Source of the DNA: Clostridia bacterium
GTDB lineage: Bacteria; Bacillota; Clostridia; Christensenellales; CAG-1252
Assembly (NCBI GenBank): GCA_017394805.1
Contig: JAFPXC010000020.1
Span: 69,578-133,577, forward strand
Reading direction: 5' to 3'
DNA length: 64,000 bases
The position numbers and the translations under genes are program-made. The notes under the pieces were generated by a model. That model saw nothing but the letters and a program-made list of their open reading frames with translations. It was not told where the DNA came from and did no database searches. Of the stretch, positions 25,355-31,931 are shown piece by piece (position 1 is the first letter of the stretch; every line of letters begins with the position of its first letter).

Positions 25355-25370
25355 ATTTTGGCCAAATTTT

Positions 25371-25416
25371 GCCTATATCTTTTCGCAAAAGGCGTCTTTT
25401 GCGAAAAGATATAGGC
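25371..25416. repeat. Perfect 21-bp inverted repeat (hairpin/cruciform) in the array core
   Basis: GCCTATATCTTTTCGCAAAAG (25371-25391), loop GCGT, then CTTTTGCGAAAAGATATAGGC (25396-25416). There is no flanking U-tract on either strand. Confidence 0.9.
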
Positions 25417-25618
25417 AAAGCGCAAATTTCCCTCGTCAGAGCCCGTATATACAAAAGATAATTGCCGCCCGACACCACCGAACGGAATGGGTTGGCGTGC
25501 GTGCGCTTTCGTTCGGCCAAACTGACGGATCGCCCCTGCCCTATCGACGCAAATTTGCAAAAATCGTCAAAATTCTCCTCGGGGGAAAATACTTGCATTC
25601 GCCAAAAAACGCGCGATA

Positions 25619-26229
25619 TGTACATAATGTATAGTCAAATAAACGCCTGGTGATGGCCTATATATAATGTATACAAAATGTACAGTCAACTGTATAAAAC
25701 GTATAGATAAGAATTATTGGGACCAACATTGCATTCTGTAGATTTTATACAGCAAACTATACTAAACGTATAGATGGCAATTAAGAATGAATAGCGCGAC
25801 CTCACTCCCCCGCCCTGACCGTCCTTCAATAATCGAACTATACAAAATATATATATAACTATACATATTGTATACTATACATTTCATACAGCGTACTATA
25901 CATTATGTATATGTATATTTCGTATAGTAAATATGTCCTTACGGCTGCTTCCCGTTTTGAGCCGTCAATATTGTCCATTGTGTATGTACAAATTGTATAG
26001 ATACAAAACGTATAGGCCTATACAAAGCGTACAGTCATTCGTTTCATCGGCACGCTGTACAAAACGTATATGGTGTGTTTGAGACTATGCTATACGTTAT
26101 GTATATATACAAATTGTATAGTTTGAAACGTCGCTATACATATCGTATACATACATTTTGTATACTTGGCGTTCGTCTTGCTGAGATACGATTCTTCCGC
26201 CCGCATATTGTTACTGTATAAAACGTATA
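25619..26229. repeat. Palindrome array, block B: at least 20 copies of CTRTAC-N5-GTAYAG
   Basis: Left half-site starts at 25619, 25659, 25670, 25691, 25737, 25758, 25839, 25860, 25876, 25897, 25912, 25985, 26000, 26019, 26056, 26091, 26106, 26135, 26150 and 26215. Example: CTATACTAAACGTATAG (25757-25773). Confidence 0.9.
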
Positions 26230-26291
26230 TTATCGGTATTTTTTGTATATTCAATCATTTTAGAAAAATATGTTTTTTTATCGAAAAAGTC

Positions 26292-26320
26292 TTGCAAAAA
26301 TAACCTGTTTATGGTAGAAT
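26292..26320 (+). promoter_or_regulatory. Putative sigma-A promoter of the XRE gene
   Basis: TTGCAA - 17 nt - TAGAAT. A leader with SD GAGGTG precedes the ATG at 26347. Confidence 0.55.
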
Positions 26321-26346
26321 GAAACTACCATTTATGAGGTGCAGTA

Positions 26347-26559
26347 ATGAACAATTTTAAGTACAATCTCATAATCACCCGCAAGCGTTGCAAGTATACC
26401 CAAAAGGAGATGGCGGATATGCTTGGCGTGACCGAGGGTTGCTACGCGCACTGGGAACAAGGGCGGAATGAGCCGAGCATCGCTTATATCATTCAGCTTT
26501 GCAAACTGTTACACGTTACGTCGGACGAGCTGCTGGGTGTCAACAATGACGAGAACTAA
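26347..26559 (+). CDS. XRE-family helix-turn-helix transcriptional regulator
   Basis: 70 aa. YTQKEMADMLGVTEGCYAHWEQGRNEPS is a classic Cro/C1-type HTH. Confidence 0.82.
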   Translation: MNNFKYNLIITRKRCKYTQKEMADMLGVTEGCYAHWEQGRNEPSIAYIIQLCKLLHVTSDELLGVNNDEN

Positions 26560-26581
26560 GTCGCAAACAGCGACTTTTTTC
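26558..26581 (+). terminator. Probable intrinsic terminator after the XRE gene
   Basis: AAGTCGC / GCGACTT stem with a 5-nt loop, then T6. It overlaps the stop codon. Confidence 0.55.
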
Positions 26582-26609
26582 TTTGCTTAAAATCTTTTCG
26601 CAAAAATTA

Positions 26610-26644
26610 TTGCATTTCCGCTCAATCCGTCTTATCATAATAGT
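26610..26644 (+). promoter_or_regulatory. Putative promoter giving leaderless recombinase mRNA
   Basis: TTGCAT - 17 nt - TATCAT (26633-26638) - 6 nt - ATG (26645). No SD. Confidence 0.5.
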
Positions 26645-27700
26645 ATGGACAATTACTTTCAAAACCGCGATATCGAAAACACGAAGAAGCTGAGCGCGCT
26701 ACGCAAGCAACTGCCGCCCTACTGCGGCAAGTATTTCGTCGCCATTTCTTCGGTCACGACGGCTTTGACGAGATTGGGCTACGCACGCGATTTGCTCATA
26801 TTCTTCAACTACCTCTGCTCTACCGGTCAATTCGGCATGTGCACACCCCCCGAGTTCGATATCGACCGTCTCAACGCCGTAACGCAATCGGACATCGAGG
26901 CCTATCTCGATTATCTGTCCAATTACGAGGTGGACGGCAAAATATACGTCAATAAATTGAGCGCCATGTCGCGCAAACTGTCCGCCGTGCGCTCTCTCTT
27001 CAAATATCTGTATAACAAGGACTTGTTGCACGAAAACGTTTCCGCCAAGGTGCTGACGCCCAAACTGCACGAAAAGGAAATCATTAGGCTGGAGTCGGAC
27101 GAAATGCAGCGCTTTATGGACGTGGTGGAACGCGGCGACAATCTGGGCGAGGGGCATCAATCGGCCTACCACAAAAACGTCGCCCTGCGCGATATGGCCA
27201 TCACTACCCTACTGCTCGGCACGGGCATTCGTATCAGCGAATGCGTCGGCCTCAACGTGGACGACCTGGACTTCGACAACCGCAAATTCGTCGTGACGAG
27301 GAAAGGCGGCAGTCGCTCCATATTGTATATGCCCCAAGAGGTGATCGACGCGTTGCAGGCCTACCTCAGCGTACGTTTGGCCATTCCCACAGATACCGAC
27401 GCCTTGTTTTTGTCCCTGCAAAACAGGCGTATCAACGTGCGTACCGTGCAGATTATGGTGCGAAAATACGCCGCGGCCGCCGTGCCGACGAAGCATATCA
27501 CGCCGCACAAATTGCGCTCTACGTTCGGTACCAATCTATATAGAGAAACCAAAGATATTTATGTCGTGGCCACCGTACTCGGCCATAGCGACGTGAATAC
27601 GACCAAAAAACACTACGCCGCCATCAGCGAAGATATCAAAAAGCAGGCGGCAGAGGTCGTGCGCTTGCGCCCCTCGGACGGCGACGATACGCACGAATAA
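26645..27700 (+). CDS. Tyrosine site-specific recombinase, XerC/XerD-like
   Basis: 351 aa. N-terminal SAM-like core-binding domain. The catalytic residues sit in their usual context (GTGIRISE; HKLRSTFGT; LGHSDVNTTKKHYA). Confidence 0.9.
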   Translation: MDNYFQNRDIENTKKLSALRKQLPPYCGKYFVAISSVTTALTRLGYARDLLIFFNYLCSTGQFGMCTPPEFDIDRLNAVTQSDIEAYLDYLSNYEVDGKIYVNKLSAMSRKLSAVRSLFKYLYNKDLLHENVSAKVLTPKLHEKEIIRLESDEMQRFMDVVERGDNLGEGHQSAYHKNVALRDMAITTLLLGTGIRISECVGLNVDDLDFDNRKFVVTRKGGSRSILYMPQEVIDALQAYLSVRLAIPTDTDALFLSLQNRRINVRTVQIMVRKYAAAAVPTKHITPHKLRSTFGTNLYRETKDIYVVATVLGHSDVNTTKKHYAAISEDIKKQAAEVVRLRPSDGDDTHE

Positions 27701-27706
27701 CGCAGT

Positions 27707-27901
27707 CTATTTTTTCGATTTATTGTTGGGAACAACGACGCTGTCGATCAAAACGCCGTTGTAGTCCGCCATATCCAAGCATTTCATGCAGTTATCACAG
27801 CGCTTCGTGGGATCCAGATCGCACATATCGCAAGCGCCGCAATCGTCGCAAATAACGCCTTTGACCAAAATACATTCCTTGCCGACGTTGGGATTAGTCA
27901 T
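27707..27901 (-). CDS. Small cysteine-rich protein, 2 x [C-x7-C-x2-C-x2-C]
   Basis: 64 aa. GGAGG lies 7 nt upstream of the ATG. 8-nt overlap with the upstream ynbB-like gene. Eight Cys at positions 10, 18, 21, 24, 27, 35, 38 and 41 form an internal duplication. Confidence 0.6.
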   Translation of the reverse strand: MTNPNVGKECILVKGVICDDCGACDMCDLDPTKRCDNCMKCLDMADYNGVLIDSVVVPNNKSKK

Positions 27902-29138
27902 GCTTTGCCTCCAATACCGCTCGTAAACATTGTTTGACGGCCAAATACGCGTGTTCGTAAGTCAATGCGCCCTGTAAATAGGCGATATAGGGCTTTTTGA
28001 TGGGCGCGTCCGCGCTCAATTCGATGCTGGCGCCGCCTACGAACGTGCCCGCCGCCATGATGACTTGATCTTGGTAGCCGGGCATATCCCACGGATACGG
28101 CACCACGTTGCTGTCGATGGGCGAAACCTTTTGGATCTCGCGGATAAAGGCTATCAATTCGCTCTCGCTGTCGAATACGATACTGCGGATAATATCGTAG
28201 CAATCGGCGTTGGCCTTTGGGATAGTGGTGTAGCCCGCTATCGTGAACGCGTGCCCGAAGAGAATGCTGCCTTTCAACGCCCCCGCGACCACGTGCGGCG
28301 CCATAAACAGGCCTTGATAGTAGTATTGATAGCCGTAGGCGTAGGAACCAACTTCCATGCCGATACCCGGTGCGGTCAGGCGATAGGCGGCGGCGTCTAC
28401 GTAGCGTTTTTTGCCCGCCAAATAGCCGCCCGTGGGTGCCAATCCGCCCCCGATATTTTTGATAAGACTGCCTGCGATGAGGTCTGCGCCGACGTCCGTC
28501 GGCTCGGAATCCTGGACGAATTCGCCGTAGCAATTATCCACGAATATGACGGCCTCACTATCTATGGACTTGACGAAGGAAATGCACTCGCCGATGGCTT
28601 GGACGGACAAGGCGTTGCGATCGGAATAGCCGCGTGAGCGCGTGATGAAGACCACTTTCGGGCGTTCGGCGAGGGCGCGGCGTATGGCGTCGAAATCGAA
28701 CGCGTCGCCTATCAAATCCACTTGTCGATAGGCAATGCCGTATTCGCGCATACCGCCCGCCTCTTCCCCGTTGATGATGCTGTCGAGGGTATCGTAGGGC
28801 TTGCCCGTCACCGAAAGAAGGGTGTCGCCCGGACGCAACAAGCCGAATAAGCCGATGGCCAAGGCGTGCGTGCCGCCCGTAATAAGCGGGGAAACGATAG
28901 CCGCCTCCGCGTGGAAGACGTCGGCGTAAACCGCGCACAGTGTGTCGCGGCCTATATCGCCGTAGCCGTACCCCGTGGAGCCTTTGAGGTGGCGTTCGGA
29001 GACGTTGTTGCGGCGAAAAGCGTCCAGCACTTTGGCTTGATTGGCGAGCGCGACGCGGTCTATTGTGGCAAATTGCGCACCGGCCGCTATCACTGCGTCC
29101 GTTAGTATTCGTTGAATTTTGTCGTCGATATCAGTCAT
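27894..29138 (-). CDS. ynbB: YnbB-like PLP-dependent protein (methionine gamma-lyase family, the so-called aluminium resistance protein)
   Basis: 414 aa. The N-terminal region ...NQAKVLDAFRRNNVSERHLKGSTGYGYGDIGRDTL... is characteristic of this family as I recall it. 8-nt overlap with miaA. Confidence 0.8.
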   Translation of the reverse strand: MTDIDDKIQRILTDAVIAAGAQFATIDRVALANQAKVLDAFRRNNVSERHLKGSTGYGYGDIGRDTLCAVYADVFHAEAAIVSPLITGGTHALAIGLFGLLRPGDTLLSVTGKPYDTLDSIINGEEAGGMREYGIAYRQVDLIGDAFDFDAIRRALAERPKVVFITRSRGYSDRNALSVQAIGECISFVKSIDSEAVIFVDNCYGEFVQDSEPTDVGADLIAGSLIKNIGGGLAPTGGYLAGKKRYVDAAAYRLTAPGIGMEVGSYAYGYQYYYQGLFMAPHVVAGALKGSILFGHAFTIAGYTTIPKANADCYDIIRSIVFDSESELIAFIREIQKVSPIDSNVVPYPWDMPGYQDQVIMAAGTFVGGASIELSADAPIKKPYIAYLQGALTYEHAYLAVKQCLRAVLEAKHD

Positions 29139-30027
29139 TTTCGATTACCTTATTTAGGTTGGAATTGAATTCTTTGTAGTCCAGCCATACCGCGTTTTCG
29201 TATTGGCGGAACCAGGTCAACTGCCGCTTGGCGTAGTTGCGCGAGCGTTTTTTGATGAGTTCTATCGTGCCCGAATAGGAATTTTCACCCCGCAGATATT
29301 CGGCCATTTCTTTGTAGGCGATGGCTTGGAAGGACTGCGCCGAATACGGCACGCCGCTTGCCAGTAACGCGATTACTTCGTCCACTAAGCCCTTGGCTTC
29401 CATCACGTCCACGCGAAGATTGATGCGCTCGTATAAGTCCGCTCTGTCGCCCGACAGCACGAACATACGGTAGTCGTAGCGTGGCTCTTTGTGCATATCG
29501 CCCAGGCTGTGCTCCTCTCCGTTGAGGGCTAATTCCAGCGCACGCCCTACCCTTTTTACGTCGTTGGGAAAGAGTTTTGCGGCGCGTTCGGGCGCTTTTT
29601 GGCGAAGCAGTTCGTACATATATTCGTTGCCTTTTTCGGCGTACATCGCTTCGATTTGCGCTCGAATTTGGGGATTATACTCGCGAAAAGTCATGGGATA
29701 CAATAGCGAATTGATGTATAACCCCGTGCCGCCCACGAGTATGGGCGTCTTGCCGCGGGATAGTATATCGTCCACGCAAGCGGAAGCCATGCGTTGATAC
29801 TCCGCCACCGAAAAAGGCGCGTCCGGCTCTACCACGTCAATCATATAATGCGGCACGCCCTGCATCTCCTCGGGGGTGACTTTGGCCGTGCCGATATTCA
29901 TGCGACGGTAGATTTGCATACTGTCCGCGCTGACGACTTCGCCGTCCAAAGCCTTGGCGGCGGCTACGCTCAGCGCCGTTTTGCCGGTGGCCGTGGGGCC
30001 ACCTATCACGATAATTCTACCCTTCAT
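29131..30027 (-). CDS. miaA: tRNA dimethylallyltransferase
   Basis: 298 aa. P-loop GGPTATGKT, SADSMQIYR and GGTGLY motifs. Confidence 0.92.
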   Translation of the reverse strand: MKGRIIVIGGPTATGKTALSVAAAKALDGEVVSADSMQIYRRMNIGTAKVTPEEMQGVPHYMIDVVEPDAPFSVAEYQRMASACVDDILSRGKTPILVGGTGLYINSLLYPMTFREYNPQIRAQIEAMYAEKGNEYMYELLRQKAPERAAKLFPNDVKRVGRALELALNGEEHSLGDMHKEPRYDYRMFVLSGDRADLYERINLRVDVMEAKGLVDEVIALLASGVPYSAQSFQAIAYKEMAEYLRGENSYSGTIELIKKRSRNYAKRQLTWFRQYENAVWLDYKEFNSNLNKVIEND

Positions 30028-31931
30028 ACGATACGTTTGAACATCTTGTCGAGTTGATATTTGCTGAGTTTGATATAGGCGGGTCTACCGTGCGGACAAT
30101 GCGCGGGCAAGGCCTCGCCGAATAGGTTTTGACACAGCAATTTGATGGCGTCCACGTCCATATAGGTATTGCCTTTGACGGCGGCTCTACACGCGGTGTA
30201 CGCCAATTTTTCGTGCAAAATGCGCGCGTTGGTGCCGTCGAATCCTTCGCTCAACAACAGATGGACGAACGCTTGTACGTCCATATCGACGAGCAAAGCG
30301 GGCATGGCTTCGAGGGAAAACGAGGTCTCGCCCGTCCGTTTGATGTCGATACCCAAAGCGCAAATATCCGCAAGGCGGTCGGAAAGCAACGCGCTCTCCT
30401 CTTCCGCAAGGTCGAAGTCGTACGGCACGAGCAAGGGTTGCACGACTAAGTTTTTGTCGGCGTATTGGCGTATAATGCGGTTGTACAGCACGCGTTCGGC
30501 CGCGGCGTGCTGGTCGACGAGCAATAGTTCGCCCTTGTACTCCGCCACGATATAGGTGCCGAGCACCTGCCCCACTACGCGTAGCGCGGACGAGTCAAAA
30601 GGCTCCTCGGCGGGCGGTGTATCGGTAGATTTCGGCTCCTCTTGGGCGTAACCGCCAAGCAAGTCGACGCCTACGTCTTCGGTCGGAAAGTCCTTTCGCT
30701 CGGTCGAACGGGGCGCGACGGCGGGACTGTCGAAATCGAAGGGAAGATCCGATTTGGCGTTGACCGCGTCGAACAAGTTGTCCCGATAGGCCGTATAGGC
30801 TTGCGCATAAGCGTCATTTTCGGCGAAACGAGACGTGTTTTGGGGCGCGTCGACATCGAGTTCGACGTGCGACGGGACTTCGTCTCCCACTGGTTTTTGC
30901 GGCGAAACGGCTTCGATGGGTTGGTTGAACAGGATATCGCGCGAGCGCAAGTATTCTTCGAGTGCCTGCCGCACCACGCGATAGGCAAAGCCGAACAATT
31001 TGTTGGCGTAGACGAAACGCACGTCCGCTTTGGTGGGGTGCACGTTGACGTCTATCTCGTCGTTGGGCATACGGATATGCAAGGCGAACAACGCGTAGTT
31101 GCGTTTCATCAGGTAGTCGCGATATGCGTTGTTGACCGAGGCGGACAAAGTGGCGTTGGAGACGACTCTGCCGTTGACCACGGTGATTTGATTGGCGCGT
31201 GTGCCCGCCGTGTAGTCCACGTCCGAGACGTACCCCTCGACGGTATAGCCGTATTCGCTTTTGGCGACGTGCAGCATGTGCCCGAACGCCTCTTCGCCGA
31301 AGACCGCGCACACGGCGGACTCGAGCCCGTCGCCCGTCGTCTGCAAGAGGGTTTTGCCCTCGCCCGTCAAGGTGAAACGGATATGCGGATTGGCGATGAT
31401 CAACCGTTCGCACAACGCGACGATATCCCGCCCTTCCTGCTTGGCTGACCGCAAAAACTTGAGACGCGCGGGGGTATGATAGAACAAATTGCGCACCTCG
31501 ACGGTCGTGCCCACGGCACCAGAAGATAGCATAGCCTTGCCGATTTCGTTGCCGCTCGCTGTGATTGCGTATGCCTCGCCGCCCGCTTGGCGCGAGGTCA
31601 ATTTGACCATAGCCACCGCGGCAATAGAAGCCATCGCTTCGCCGCGGAATCCAAGCGTGCCGACGTGGAAAAGGTCTTCGGCCGTGGTGATTTTGCTGGT
31701 GGCGTGGGGCAAAAACACTTTGTCGAGGTCGTCTGCTGAAATACCTTTGCCGTTGTCCGAAACACATATTTCGTCCAAGCCGCCCCCCGTAAAGCGCACG
31801 AAAACCTCGGTAGCGCCCGCATCCAATGCGTTTTCTACCAATTCTTTGACGACGGACGAAGGTTTTTCGACCACTTCACCCGCCGATATTTTGTTGTAGA
31901 CGGACGCGTCAAGTACGTGGATATCAGCCAT
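30024..31931 (-). CDS. mutL: DNA mismatch repair protein MutL
   Basis: 635 aa. GHKL ATPase N-terminus (ISAGEVVEKPSSVVKELVENALDAGA). C-terminal dimerisation/endonuclease region. ATGA overlap with miaA. Confidence 0.93.
   Translation of the reverse strand: MADIHVLDASVYNKISAGEVVEKPSSVVKELVENALDAGATEVFVRFTGGGLDEICVSDNGKGISADDLDKVFLPHATSKITTAEDLFHVGTLGFRGEAMASIAAVAMVKLTSRQAGGEAYAITASGNEIGKAMLSSGAVGTTVEVRNLFYHTPARLKFLRSAKQEGRDIVALCERLIIANPHIRFTLTGEGKTLLQTTGDGLESAVCAVFGEEAFGHMLHVAKSEYGYTVEGYVSDVDYTAGTRANQITVVNGRVVSNATLSASVNNAYRDYLMKRNYALFALHIRMPNDEIDVNVHPTKADVRFVYANKLFGFAYRVVRQALEEYLRSRDILFNQPIEAVSPQKPVGDEVPSHVELDVDAPQNTSRFAENDAYAQAYTAYRDNLFDAVNAKSDLPFDFDSPAVAPRSTERKDFPTEDVGVDLLGGYAQEEPKSTDTPPAEEPFDSSALRVVGQVLGTYIVAEYKGELLLVDQHAAAERVLYNRIIRQYADKNLVVQPLLVPYDFDLAEEESALLSDRLADICALGIDIKRTGETSFSLEAMPALLVDMDVQAFVHLLLSEGFDGTNARILHEKLAYTACRAAVKGNTYMDVDAIKLLCQNLFGEALPAHCPHGRPAYIKLSKYQLDKMFKRIV

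Noticed and set aside
24843-25625. 260-aa ORF (and several 60-110-aa ORFs on both strands) across the palindrome array
   Set aside because: The translations are low-complexity Y/I/C/T/R strings generated by the AT-rich repeats. There is no SD and no recognisable domain. The frames on both strands mirror each other across the hairpin. I treat the region as non-coding.
24947-26229. CRISPR array
   Set aside because: The repeats are short (17 bp), degenerate, irregularly spaced (11-80 bp) and often overlapping. There are no uniform spacers, no leader and no cas genes in the window.
24854-26346. Chromosomal oriC, or a dif / replication-terminus site next to the Xer-like recombinase
   Set aside because: I found no TTATCCACA-type DnaA boxes and there is no dnaA or dnaN nearby. 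Some sites (for example CATAATGTATA at about 25,622-25,632) resemble the centre of E. coli dif and the TATGTAC core of B. subtilis Ter sites. But dif is a single asymmetric 28-mer and Ter sites are polar, not dozens of symmetric 17-mers. I kept this only as a hypothesis inside the main finding.
21869-27700. Intact prophage or ICE (XRE + integrase)
   Set aside because: There are no structural, replication, conjugation or lysis genes. No flanking att direct repeats are visible. The largest gene has host-like composition. At most this is a decayed remnant.
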